Positions 17,325-28,200 of a stretch of DNA of 64,000 nt are shown here, piece by piece (positions within the stretch are counted from its first letter, which is position 1; each line of letters starts with the position of its first letter). Made by a program: the position numbers and the translations under genes. Source of the DNA: Candidatus Marinacidobacterales bacterium. Its GTDB lineage: Bacteria > Acidobacteriota > Vicinamibacteria > Marinacidobacterales > SMYC01. The notes beneath the pieces were generated by a model. That model was not told the DNA's origin, made no database searches, and saw only the letters and a program-made list of their open reading frames with translations. The stretch lies in the NCBI GenBank assembly GCA_965224085.1, contig CBDCYI010000009.1, positions 32,001 through 96,000 of the forward strand, given 5' to 3'.

Positions 17325-20243
17325 ATGAGGCATTGGGCTAGTTCAAAGACGTTTGTGTCCGTGGTCGTGTCATGCATCCTGCTGAGCCTTGCAGCGGTCC
17401 CCGCCTTCTCCCAGGAGATGGTGGGATCGATCGTGGGAAAGGTCTCGGACGAGCAGGGGCTGGTGTTGCCCGGCGTTGTCATCGCCGTCTCTTCGCCGAA
17501 CTTGATCGGCGGCAGTCAAACGGTGACCACCGTCAATGATGGTACCTATCGGGTGCGGAACCTGCCGCCCGGCACGTACGCCGTGTTGGCAGAACTGGCC
17601 GGCTTCACGTCCATCAACCGTGAGGGGATCATCCTCGAGGCGGCCAAAACACTCGGAGTGGATTTCCAAATGTCGATCAGCAGTGTCGAGGAGACCATCA
17701 CCGTCACCGGGGAATCGCCTCTGGTCGAGATCCGGAGCTCCCGTGTCGGCGTCACGATGGATGAGGACCTGCTCGTGAACATTCCCACCGGACGCGAATT
17801 CGAGGACATTTTGAGTTTTCAGCCTGGCATCGTGGAGAGTCCCTATTCCTTTGCGCCGGTAAACTCGGTTCACGGCGGTCATGTGCGGGCCAACTACTAC
17901 AGCATGGACGGCTTCCAGATGATCGATACGACCGTGGGATACTTTATTGGGGATATCTCGTACGATTCGTTGCAGGAAGTTCAGATCACGACCGGCGGGA
18001 TTTCTGCCGAGTTCGGCCAGGCGAGTGGAGGAGTCTTCAACTTCATCACCAAGTCGGGCGGGAACGACCTTAGCGGAGGCGTTCGATATTACTTGAACGA
18101 CGAATCCTTGAACAGGAATAATATTTCGGACGAACTCAAGGCCCAAGGGTTCACGGAGGGCACGTCCATTACCAGCCAGCACAACTGGGGCGGCGAGATG
18201 GGCGGGCCTATCTCACAAGACAAGGTGTGGTTCTACGCCGACTATGCCCGGACGGACAGAACGGAGCGGGCTCCAGCGCTGGTTGGAATCATCGATCCGT
18301 CGTTCAACATCAATAAATACATGGGCAAGGTTACCTGGCAGGTTAACGCGAACAACACCTTCGTCGGAACCGTTCAGGGGCGCCACGACGACTGGGTTCC
18401 GGCCAACGCGAATCAGCAAGTCACCGAGGACCCGGGCTCCTATATCTTCAACACCCGCAACCAGGATAACTATCTCTTCAAGTGGACGTCGACGCTGGGC
18501 CAGAATTCGATCTTGGACATCCGCTACAGTGAGAACCTCGGCGGTGGCTCCGATAGGGAAAGTTTCGACAATGCCGATGCGATCCCCGGCTTTCAAGATC
18601 GAGGAACGGGGAAGAACTTCGGTTGGTTCCGGCAAGACCGGTGGAACAAGAACCGCGATGCCAAAGTGTTCAAAGTGGATTTGACTTACTTCAACGATGA
18701 CCTTGCGGGGGGGAAGCACGATATCAAAATCGGCTATGAAAACGGGCGGGACCCTTTTCAATCCATTTTGCACACTCCGGGCTCGCTCGAACAGCATCTG
18801 CTCTTCGGCGTGCCGGATGCAGTCAGACTCATCGTTGAACCGAGAAGAGGGGCCAGGAGAAAAACGCGCAACAGTTTTTACATCAACGATCAATGGACGA
18901 TGTCGGACGTAACGCTCAATCTGGGCATCCGGTTCGATAGCACCGAAGCTTGGACACCGGAGTACACGGAAGGGGGTGGCCTCCAGGCTTCAGACAAAGC
19001 CATCCGAGATGACAGCTTCAGCATCGAGTGGTTCCCGGCGGTTACGTTTCCGGAGACGCGGGACATCTGGAATATGAATACCTGGGCGCCACGGGCCGGC
19101 GTCGTGTGGGACGTCGGTGGCGATCACACGCTGGTCGTGAAAGCGAGCTATGGTCGTTGGTATGACCGGGTCACGAGTGTGCCCGCCGGGGGTGCAGGGA
19201 ATGCTACGTACGATTGGAATGACTTGAACGGAGACGGCCTGTTTTTGACCCCAGACCGCACTGAACAGCCCGGCGAGCGAGGGGACCTTCGCTCAAGCAG
19301 CGTAATTAGTAGTGGATCCTTTGATGTGAGGCTGTTCGGAGACCCCAATCTGAGCAACCCCTGGACCGATACCTATAACTTTGGGGTCGAATGGGAGCCG
19401 CGTCAAGGCTACGCGCTGCAAGTGACCGGGATCATCAAGCGAGAGACGAACCTCATTGGCCGACGTCACCTAGCCAGGCCTCCATCGGCCTATAACCCCG
19501 TCCAGGCGGTCAACCCTCTCGACGGCTCGCCGATTACGATCTTCGCCCTGGACCCGGCCTTCCGAACGGCGAGCTCTATCAGGCAATCAACGAATATCGA
19601 ATTTGTGGACTTGAAGCGAAGCTACGACGGTGTCGAAATCGTCGCGAAGAAGCGGTTCGATGGACGTTCCCAGTTTCAACTCTCGGCCAACATTGGAAAT
19701 GCAGAAGGCAATCAGGGAACCAGTTTCGGGCAGAGCTTCGGCGGGGTCACCTATAGCAATCCGAATAACCTCACCAACTTTTTCGGGGGAACAAACCTGG
19801 ACGCGGACCTGATATTAAAGTTGGCCGGCACCTATGTGGCACCGTGGGACATCAGCATAAGCGCCTTCTACCAGTACATTTCCGGGTTTCCGCTGGACAC
19901 GTTCGAGACGAGCCAGGGCTTCCAGCCGGGTTCGCGGACCGGTCGCTTTCTTAGGTCGGATTTTCCGGGACAAATCGTGGTCGAGCGCTTCATCGACGTT
20001 CCCCTGGAGCCACGGGGCACCCTTCACCAGGACGCTCAGCACAATTTGTCATTTCGGGTGGAAAAGTCGTTCATTTTCGAAGAAACGGGAAAGCTCGGGC
20101 TCATCTTCGACGTCCTCAACGCGACCAATTCAGGCACGATAACGCACACGCAGAGTTTGCGCCTGGACTCTCCCACTTTCCTGCTGCCTGAGGTGACCGT
20201 GTTGCCCTTTACAGCGCGGCTCGGGATTCGCTACAGCTTCTAA
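17325..20243 (+). CDS. TonB-dependent receptor with N-terminal carboxypeptidase-regulatory-like domain (Oar-like)
   Basis: ATG at 17325 after GGAGG; signal peptide; GKVSDEQGLVLPGV, ETITVTGESPLV, AEFGQASGGVFNFITKSGGN; C-terminal RLGIRYSF. Confidence 0.92.
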   Translation: MRHWASSKTFVSVVVSCILLSLAAVPAFSQEMVGSIVGKVSDEQGLVLPGVVIAVSSPNLIGGSQTVTTVNDGTYRVRNLPPGTYAVLAELAGFTSINREGIILEAAKTLGVDFQMSISSVEETITVTGESPLVEIRSSRVGVTMDEDLLVNIPTGREFEDILSFQPGIVESPYSFAPVNSVHGGHVRANYYSMDGFQMIDTTVGYFIGDISYDSLQEVQITTGGISAEFGQASGGVFNFITKSGGNDLSGGVRYYLNDESLNRNNISDELKAQGFTEGTSITSQHNWGGEMGGPISQDKVWFYADYARTDRTERAPALVGIIDPSFNINKYMGKVTWQVNANNTFVGTVQGRHDDWVPANANQQVTEDPGSYIFNTRNQDNYLFKWTSTLGQNSILDIRYSENLGGGSDRESFDNADAIPGFQDRGTGKNFGWFRQDRWNKNRDAKVFKVDLTYFNDDLAGGKHDIKIGYENGRDPFQSILHTPGSLEQHLLFGVPDAVRLIVEPRRGARRKTRNSFYINDQWTMSDVTLNLGIRFDSTEAWTPEYTEGGGLQASDKAIRDDSFSIEWFPAVTFPETRDIWNMNTWAPRAGVVWDVGGDHTLVVKASYGRWYDRVTSVPAGGAGNATYDWNDLNGDGLFLTPDRTEQPGERGDLRSSSVISSGSFDVRLFGDPNLSNPWTDTYNFGVEWEPRQGYALQVTGIIKRETNLIGRRHLARPPSAYNPVQAVNPLDGSPITIFALDPAFRTASSIRQSTNIEFVDLKRSYDGVEIVAKKRFDGRSQFQLSANIGNAEGNQGTSFGQSFGGVTYSNPNNLTNFFGGTNLDADLILKLAGTYVAPWDISISAFYQYISGFPLDTFETSQGFQPGSRTGRFLRSDFPGQIVVERFIDVPLEPRGTLHQDAQHNLSFRVEKSFIFEETGKLGLIFDVLNATNSGTITHTQSLRLDSPTFLLPEVTVLPFTARLGIRYSF

Positions 20244-20257
20244 GTCGTTCATAGAGT

Positions 20258-20300
20258 AGCGCGCTGATGCAGGCACCGCGTCAGCGCGCTCTTTTTCTTT
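20258..20300 (+). terminator. Intrinsic terminator after the TBDR
   Basis: 13-bp stem AGCGCGCTGATGC/GCGTCAGCGCGCT (one G-U pair), 7-nt loop, then CTTTTTCTTT. Confidence 0.85.
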
Positions 20301-20370
20301 CTCAGGCTCATCCATCCCGCTAACGAGTACTCCCCATAACGCCTGTGGGCGTGGGTGTCGAGGAGGGGTC

Positions 20371-21972
20371 GTGAAAACTTCAAGAATGAGGAAAAGATTC
20401 GCCATTAGCTTCACCTTTCTGTCCGGTCTCGTTATTCTCGGCAGCATCGGCGTCCAGGCGCTGCAGGCGCCCGCTCCCTCGGTTTTCGATCAGGTATCGG
20501 TCGAGCAACTCGTCCAGGGGCCGCAGGGGCCTCCCTACGTGCCGCAGGGACCGATTGCGATTGTAGGGGGTTTGCTCATCGATGCCACCGACGCCCCGCC
20601 GCGGCACGATCAAACGGTTCTGATCGACGGCGAGCGGATCGTCGAGGTAGGACCGATGGAGGACGTACGCATCCCGAGCGAAGCACGCGTCATCGACGCT
20701 CGGGAGATGACGATCATGCCTGGGCTCATCGATTCGAACCAGCATTTCGTCTTGAACCCGCTGTTCTCGACGCCGGATGTGAGTTTTTCATACGAGGACT
20801 TCAAGGCGCGCTGGGAGCACAACTGGGCGCAGATGGAGTACGTTGCCTTCGTGTACTTGATGCAGGGCGTCACCGGGTTTCGGCAAACTCCCGGTCCGGC
20901 GGATCGGCAGCTGGAGGTCATTCGGAGAATTGACAAGGGCGAGATTCCGGGTCCCAGGATATATCTGGGTGGATCGTTGTGGATGAGCAAAGCGCACTGG
21001 GACCGTCATCTGAAGCAGAACAGTCAAATGGATCCTAAGGCGATTGAGTTCATCAAGCATCAGTTCGAATATAACGTGATAGAGGATATGAACAATCTGG
21101 ATCCGAATGGTTGGGGGCAGGAAGGCCCGGACTTCAACTTCTGGAAGCTCTACATGTGGCGTGAGCCCTTTGACGGGGAGAATGATTTCACCGACGAAGA
21201 GTTGAGGCAGATCATCGAGCGCGGGCACGAGCTCGGGAAGATCATCGACGTTCACGCCGGCGGCCATAACAACGGCCTCAGACGGATGCTTGCATTCGAC
21301 GTGGATACCCTGGAGCACCCCTTTTACGGAAATGAGCTGATTGACTGGGACATCATCGAGGGCTACGTAAAAAAAGGGGTCATCATCGACACCTTGCTCG
21401 AAGTGATGATCCAAAAGATCGAGCTGGCGGCGGACCCTCATCGGTTTGACGAGACGCTGTACTCGATGTCGCTTTACGGGCACGGCACGCGTCCCGCACC
21501 CTTCGAGCATCGTCTCCTGATGCAGTATCGCGACAAGCTGCTCTACAACAAGCGCCATCCCGACAAGCCGGGACTGACGGTTTACCCGCCAGATTCGACC
21601 GAGACTGGGCGTTCGTACAATGACCAGATGAAAGCCATGGAAACCTCCAAAGAAAACATGCGCCGTTTTATCAAGGCCGGTGCCAAGTTTTGGATGGGAA
21701 CCGATACCGGCGCGTTCATGACCATGCGACAAGAAGATCCCTACGCGCGGGAGATGGCTTATATGGTGGAGATGGGGATGACGCCGGTGCAAGCGATCCA
21801 GGCGGCGACCCGCAACGGGGCGGAAGGCCTTGGCCTGCTGGACGAGCTCGGCACGATCGAGGAGGGCAAACTGGCCGACGTGATCGTGGTGGCTGGAAAT
21901 CCGTTGCAGGATATGAAGGGTGCCATGAAGCGCGTCTATGCAGTCATCAAAGGCGGCGTCCGCTACAAATAG
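20371..21972 (+). CDS. Exported amidohydrolase family protein, paralog 1
   Basis: Signal peptide, TIMPGLIDSNQH, FWKLY, DVHAG, TLEHP, MGTDTG, GTIEEGKLADVIVV. Confidence 0.9.
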   Translation: MKTSRMRKRFAISFTFLSGLVILGSIGVQALQAPAPSVFDQVSVEQLVQGPQGPPYVPQGPIAIVGGLLIDATDAPPRHDQTVLIDGERIVEVGPMEDVRIPSEARVIDAREMTIMPGLIDSNQHFVLNPLFSTPDVSFSYEDFKARWEHNWAQMEYVAFVYLMQGVTGFRQTPGPADRQLEVIRRIDKGEIPGPRIYLGGSLWMSKAHWDRHLKQNSQMDPKAIEFIKHQFEYNVIEDMNNLDPNGWGQEGPDFNFWKLYMWREPFDGENDFTDEELRQIIERGHELGKIIDVHAGGHNNGLRRMLAFDVDTLEHPFYGNELIDWDIIEGYVKKGVIIDTLLEVMIQKIELAADPHRFDETLYSMSLYGHGTRPAPFEHRLLMQYRDKLLYNKRHPDKPGLTVYPPDSTETGRSYNDQMKAMETSKENMRRFIKAGAKFWMGTDTGAFMTMRQEDPYAREMAYMVEMGMTPVQAIQAATRNGAEGLGLLDELGTIEEGKLADVIVVAGNPLQDMKGAMKRVYAVIKGGVRYK

Positions 21973-22018
21973 ACTCTCGCTTACAAGATAGCAAATTCTG
22001 TCTGGCGAGGTTCGATCG

Positions 22019-23608
22019 ATGAAAATGAACAAGAGCAGTTTCACCGCGGGTTTCGCTGCACTCGGTGGCTTGGCCATGATCGTCGGTTTGGCTGTGACCA
22101 GAGTGGGGGCGCTTCAGGCGCCCGCCCCTTCGGTTCTCGATCGGGTTTCTGTCGAGCAGCTGACTCAGGGGCCGCAGGGGCCTCCCTACGTGCCGCAGGG
22201 ACCGATTGCAATTGTAGGCGGTCTGCTCATCGACGCCACCGGCGCTCAGCCGCGGCACGACCAGACGGTTCTGATCGACGGCGAGCGGATCGTCGAGGTG
22301 GGACCGATGGAAGAAGTGCCTATCCCGAGGGGAGCGCGCGTCATCGACGCCCGGGGGATGACGATCATGCCGGGGCTCAGCGATTCCAATCAACATGTGG
22401 TGCTGAACCCGTTGCTCTCAACGCCGGACGTGAGCCTATCATATGAGGATTTCAAGGCGCGGTGGGAGCGCAACTGGGCCCAGATGGAGCGGAATGCGTT
22501 CACCTACTTGATGCAAGGGATAACAAACTTCCGGCAGACTCCGGGCCCGGCGGACTTGGAGCTTGCGCTGAAGCGACGGATCGAGAAGGGGGAGATACCG
22601 GGGCCGCGCGTATTTCTGGGTGGCTCGTTGTGGATGAGCAAGGCGCACTGGGAGCGTCACCTGAAGATGAACAATCAAACCGATCCTAAGGCGATCGAGT
22701 TCATCAAGCATCAGTTCGAGTACAACGTGATCGAGGATTTGAACGATCTCGACCCGAACGGCTGGGGACAGGAAGGCCCGGACTTCAACTTTTGGAAGCT
22801 TTACATGTGGGGCGAGCCCTATGACGGGAAGAACGATTTTACCGACGAGGAGCTCGAGTACATTATCAAGCGCGGGCACGAGCTCGGGAAGATCATCGAC
22901 GTCCACGCCGGCGGAGGTGGCAATGCTGGCTTGAGGAGGATGCTGGCCTTCGACGTCGACACGCTGGAACATCCTTTTGAGCGCTATGAAATCGTTGACT
23001 GGGACATCATCGAAGGGTACGTCAAGAAGGGAGTTATCATCGATACCTTGTTGGAGGTCAAGGTCCAAAAGGTCGAGTTAGCGGCGGATCCCCACCGGTT
23101 CGACGAGACGCTCTACACGATGTCGCTCCATCCTTCCGAGCATCGCATCTTGATGCGGTACCGGGACAAGATGCTGTTCAATCAACGACATCCCGACCAA
23201 CCCGCTTTGAGGCCCTACCCCGCGGCATCGACGCGCCAGACGGACCGCTCCTACAACGAGCAGATGAAAGTGATCGAGACGGCGAAGGAGAACATGCGCC
23301 GGTTCATCAAAGCGGGCGCGAAGTTCTGGATGGGGACGGATACCGGCGCTTTCATGACCCTGCGTCAGGAAGATTCCTACGCCCGGGAGATGGCACATAT
23401 GGTGGAGATGGGGATGACGCCCATGCAGGCTATCCAGGCGGCGACCCGCAACGGAGCGGAAGGTCTGGGCATGCTGGACCAACTGGGCACGATCGAGGAG
23501 GGCAAACTGGCGGACGTGATCGTGGTGGCCGGCAACCCCCTCGAGGATATGGAAGGCGCCATGAAGCGGGTCTATGCCGTCATCATGGGAGGCGTCCGCT
23601 ACAAATAG
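22019..23608 (+). CDS. Exported amidohydrolase family protein, paralog 2
   Basis: Colinear with paralog 1 and highly similar after the signal peptide; TIMPGLSDSNQH and the same downstream motifs. Confidence 0.9.
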   Translation: MKMNKSSFTAGFAALGGLAMIVGLAVTRVGALQAPAPSVLDRVSVEQLTQGPQGPPYVPQGPIAIVGGLLIDATGAQPRHDQTVLIDGERIVEVGPMEEVPIPRGARVIDARGMTIMPGLSDSNQHVVLNPLLSTPDVSLSYEDFKARWERNWAQMERNAFTYLMQGITNFRQTPGPADLELALKRRIEKGEIPGPRVFLGGSLWMSKAHWERHLKMNNQTDPKAIEFIKHQFEYNVIEDLNDLDPNGWGQEGPDFNFWKLYMWGEPYDGKNDFTDEELEYIIKRGHELGKIIDVHAGGGGNAGLRRMLAFDVDTLEHPFERYEIVDWDIIEGYVKKGVIIDTLLEVKVQKVELAADPHRFDETLYTMSLHPSEHRILMRYRDKMLFNQRHPDQPALRPYPAASTRQTDRSYNEQMKVIETAKENMRRFIKAGAKFWMGTDTGAFMTLRQEDSYAREMAHMVEMGMTPMQAIQAATRNGAEGLGMLDQLGTIEEGKLADVIVVAGNPLEDMEGAMKRVYAVIMGGVRYK

Positions 23609-23795
23609 GGTCTTGATTCGAGCTCGGCAGGAATCCTTTTAATAGAAGCTTCGAACAGTCCCTCGGCGCGGGCCAACTCCACGAACTCTCCGACTTCAAA
23701 AAACGACCCCGACCCCACCCATCTGGTGAGTCCGGTCGGATTCAACTAAAATGGGACGCTGCCACGAAGTCATGGCTCGCCGAATTGCGTAACGG

Positions 23796-25217
23796 ATGAG
23801 GAAAAAGGCGTTACGAGTCGATAAATCGGGCAAACCCTCAATGCCTCTCTCCGGATCCAAAAAGACCGTTTTTTCTCTAGTCGCAGCGGTTCTGATATTG
23901 GCCTCTCTCGAGGGCGCGGCTCGCCTGCTGCTTCTAGCCATTGGACCACCGAAGCGAAACACCGCTCGATTCGTCTCCGGGGCGGTGTGGGCACACGAAC
24001 GTAACCCAATCCACATGGTGGACCGAGAGCTCTTTTGGAAACTGGTTCCAGGCCACTCGAGTGGACAGGTCGTTATCAATCAGGAAGGCTTCCGATCTAA
24101 AGAGCGTACCCGCCCAAAGCCCGACGGTACGCTCCGAATCGTTGTTCTCGGGGACTCTGTTACTTTCGGCTTCAACGTTGCCGAAAAGGAAACGTACGCT
24201 TATAAGTTGGCCCAATACCTCAGTGACCGATCCTTTCAGCGTCCCGGGTGGAGGTACAGGAGAACGGAAGTGATAAATGCTGGAGTGCCCGGCTATAGTT
24301 CCTGGCAGGGCAGGAAGCTCTATGAGATGGTCGTGCGCGGCTATGAGCCCGATCTGGTTATTGCCATGTTCGGCTACAATGACCACCATTCAGCCTTGGA
24401 GAGCGATCGAGAGAAGTACCAGAGACGAGACGTTGAGTCGTTCGTCCATACGTTCCGCAGCACAGGAATCTACCGGATGATTGACAGGTTTCGCGGGGAG
24501 CCCGTTGATCCGCTGCTTCGCGAAGAGCCTGTCCCCCGGGTGGGTCTGGACGAGTTCAAGGAGAACGTTCTTGATCTACAAAGTATGGTCCAAGCTGACT
24601 CTGCGGATTGCGTCTTTATGACCGTTCCCATCAGGCCCGATATTCCACTCGTGGAGAATTTTGTAGGGGTCGATTACGAGCTTGACGGGGCGACAAGAAA
24701 AGCATGGCTTCGACAAATAGACTTTGCTTCACGGATTCTGGGAGCTCAATGGTCTGAGCGCCTCACCAATCACTTCTTTCACTCCGCCGATGTGGACGAT
24801 CTCACTTTCGAAAGCGCGCCCGATGTGTGCCCGAAGGTTGTCGAGGCCTCACGCAGGTTTCCCGATCTTTCTGTCTTTCAATACCTGCTGGCAAGCTGCT
24901 TTCGGGCAGGCGGCGACGAGGATGAAGCTCAAAGGGCTCTTCTGGAGTACCGCCGCTTGGACAGAGAAAGACTGGAAATGGAAGCCTACAACGCTCTGTT
25001 GCGACGGATGGCTCAGGAGTCTCTGATCGATCTCGTTGACTTGGCGGCACTCTACGAAGCTCAGGAAGAGGGAGGGCGCCTCTTCCTCGACGTGGTCCAC
25101 CCCTCGGCAAAAGGTCACGCCCTGATCGTAGAGTCAATAGCCCAGCACCTCTTTAGCGGTGCGGAGCGCGATGACCGTGTTGAGGATGCTACGCCAGATC
25201 CGACGAGCCCACGCTGA
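23796..25217 (+). CDS. Membrane-anchored SGNH/GDSL hydrolase with a helical (TPR-like) insertion
   Basis: TM helix, GDSVTFG, NAGVPGYSS, GYND, DVVHP. Confidence 0.85.
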   Translation: MRKKALRVDKSGKPSMPLSGSKKTVFSLVAAVLILASLEGAARLLLLAIGPPKRNTARFVSGAVWAHERNPIHMVDRELFWKLVPGHSSGQVVINQEGFRSKERTRPKPDGTLRIVVLGDSVTFGFNVAEKETYAYKLAQYLSDRSFQRPGWRYRRTEVINAGVPGYSSWQGRKLYEMVVRGYEPDLVIAMFGYNDHHSALESDREKYQRRDVESFVHTFRSTGIYRMIDRFRGEPVDPLLREEPVPRVGLDEFKENVLDLQSMVQADSADCVFMTVPIRPDIPLVENFVGVDYELDGATRKAWLRQIDFASRILGAQWSERLTNHFFHSADVDDLTFESAPDVCPKVVEASRRFPDLSVFQYLLASCFRAGGDEDEAQRALLEYRRLDRERLEMEAYNALLRRMAQESLIDLVDLAALYEAQEEGGRLFLDVVHPSAKGHALIVESIAQHLFSGAERDDRVEDATPDPTSPR

Positions 25218-25239
25218 TGGCGCGACCACATAGTTCGGT

Positions 25240-28200
25240 TTGGGGGCCGCCCACCCGGTGAAGAAATCATCGAAGAACAGAAAAAAGAAGGCCGCGGTGG
25301 ATGGTCTTCCGCATGATTCGAATGATACGAAGTTTGGAAAGAAAAAGTCTGACCACGAAGTGCAACTTTTGAGAGGAACGTTCCGATCTCTGCGCGCGCA
25401 TCCGGGGACCCTGCTCGTGTTGCCCCTGGTGGTGTTGTTACTTGGTACTCAGTGGTCGTGGCAAGGGCCCGCCCTGCCCGCGCGCGCCTTCATGTACAGA
25501 GGAGGCTTGGAGCTCGGAGATGCGGCTTTTCTCGAGCTCCGTCTGGACAAACCGATCCGTGAATTCACACTCGAAGCCCAGATCGACAACGATCTTGTCT
25601 TGGCAATCTCTGCGTCGTCCGACGGGCAAAGCTTCCAACATCTTTGGACCGTTCCTGCCGGCCCGGAAGGGCAGCGGGGGCCGAGAGCGTGGAAGAGCCC
25701 CGTTTTGAAGGTTGATTCCGCGATCGGGTTTATCCGGCTGACCCAACTCGAAGGGGACGGTCGCTACCGTGTATCCGAGCTGCTGCTGAGACTGCCCCCA
25801 CGGGTCTTGGCCCACTGGCTCTTGATACCGATCGTGTGGGCCCTGTGGAGCGGCCTGCTGCTCGCCGCGCGCTCCTCGCGGTTGAGCGCCAGGGCCAGCG
25901 CAACACTTGGCTGGTGGAGACGGGCCGATCTGTGGCTCGCTGGCTTGCTCATTTATGTGGTGCTTTTCCAGGTGCCGTTCGTGATATTGCCGGCCCTCAT
26001 CTTCGTGGCGTGGATCGTGGGGATACGCCATGCCTTGAGCCGCGCGCGACCAGTCCTCGCGACACTCCTGGTATTGGTCGGCCTCTCGACGCTCTATGTC
26101 TTGCCCAAGGTGATTCACAAGATCGTGCAGGCCAAGGTTGCCGAGGCCCAGTACGCCGCGGCGGATCATCGCCTGGCTCCCGATCCTGAGAAGCAGGTCA
26201 ATGAAGACGGGATCCGCTTTGCCGGAACAGCCGATGATCTAAAGGAGGAGGACTTCGTCATCCTGTTCCTGGGAGACGCCTACACTTATGGTCTTGCCAT
26301 GCGCTATGACCAGGCGTATCCCTACGTCTTCGAAAGAATGGTCAATAACGACGCGGGAAGCCGAGTCGTTCGCGCGGTCAATTTTGGCTGGAGCAGCTCC
26401 TCACCGTTGCTGAGCTTGCGACTTTTGCAGGATATCGGGAAGAAATACAAACCCGATCTGGTGGTCTACAACCTGGACATGAACGATTTCCACGACGACC
26501 TCGTTTACGACCAGAAGCTCAGCGAGATCGACATGGCGGACGTCGCCGAGGGCGTTGAACGCTTCTACGGCAATTATCTGCCGTGGCTGCGGCTTGGCAG
26601 CGACCATGTGGAGAGGATGCAGAGGTTGCTCGGATTCGAACGCGATGCACAGGTCTCGATACCCGAGGATCGGTTCTTCGTCACCAACCAGCCACTGGAA
26701 GCGTCCCGTTCCAACATGGAACGGGGCTCCATGAAGAACTTGCTGGCGATGCACAACTACAGCGCGGACGTCCTGAAAGCGCCCATGGTGCTGGTGGTCT
26801 ATCCTCGCCACTACCAGTACTCCATTCGGGAGTCCCCCGACAATTGGGAGAAAGATGCGTACCGAGTGCAGGGGCCCTACGTCAAAGAGCCCTTTCGATA
26901 TCTCGAAGAGGTTCGAGACGAGCTCCCCTATCGCGTGATCGACTTGCTGCCGGTTTTCGAGTCCAGCGATCATTTCCCGCTCTATCTGCAAAACGATCCC
27001 CACTGGAGCGCTGCAGGACACCGCATCGCTGCGCAGGCGGTCGCGAGAGGTCTTGCCGCATATGGTCTGCTGCCTCTCAACGAAAGACTCCAGGGCGCGA
27101 TCGAAGGCGTCACGGACGCTCCAGCTGCGGGCGACCTGGTCTCTTTGCATCGCGAGGAGCACTTGGCAGCGGGTGATGCGCGATCGCCTGAAGAGACAGC
27201 TCGGGGCATGCAGTTGCCCGAGGGCTTCGACGTGACGGTCTTTGCCGGGGAGCCGGACGTCGTCCAGCCCATTGCGATGGCGATCGACGGCCGTGGCCGA
27301 CTGTGGGTCGTGGAGAACTACTCCTATCCCAATTGGAGCGAGACCGGAAGCGATCGCATCCTGATTTTTGAGGACCGGGACGGAGACGGCACGTTCGACG
27401 AGCGCCAGGTGTTTTGGGACAGAGGCGGCTTTGTTTCGGCCATCCAGATCGGCTTTGGCGGTGTCTTCGTCGGCAGTGCGCCCTACCTTCTCTTCATCCC
27501 CGACGCGAACCGTGACGATATCCCCGATGGACCTCCGCGAATACTCCTGGACGGTTTCGGCTACCAGGACACCCACGAGATGATGAACAGCCTGGTCTGG
27601 GGGCCGGACGGGTGGCTCTATGGGCTCCAGGGCGTGTTCGTCCAGTCCCTTGTCGGCTCGCCGGGAACACCTGCACACGAGCGAGTACGCATGAATGCGG
27701 GGGTCTGGCGCTATCATCCGACCCGTCGTGAATTCGAACTCTTCGCCGAGGGCGGCGGCAACCTGTGGGGTGTAGACTTCAACGACCGCGGCCAGTGCCT
27801 CGTCACCGCCAACGTCGTACCGCATCTCTATCACATGAGCCTCGGCGGAAGATACGAGCGCCAAGCGGGAGCGCACTTCAACGCCCACACCTACAAGGAC
27901 ATCTACGCGATCGCGGATCACCTCCATTCCAAGGCGGCCTACGCCGGGGCCATGATCTATCTCGCCGACCATTTCCCGGAGCGGTATCGCAACAAGCTCT
28001 TCCTGAACAATATCCACTCGAACCGGATCCACACCGACGAACTCGTGCGCCGTGGCTCGACCTACATCGGAAAGCTGGGCCCGCACGGTCGAGAGGACGG
28101 CAATTCTTCCGGCGGGGAAGACGTGCCTACTGGAGTTAGGCCCGAGTTCTGGAGAGGGGAATACGGCAACGGCGGCTTCATGGTGAGCGAAGACCTATGG

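Noticed and set aside
20788-22077. 429-aa minus-strand ORF
   Set aside because: Antisense shadow of the amidohydrolase in high-GC DNA; no motifs.
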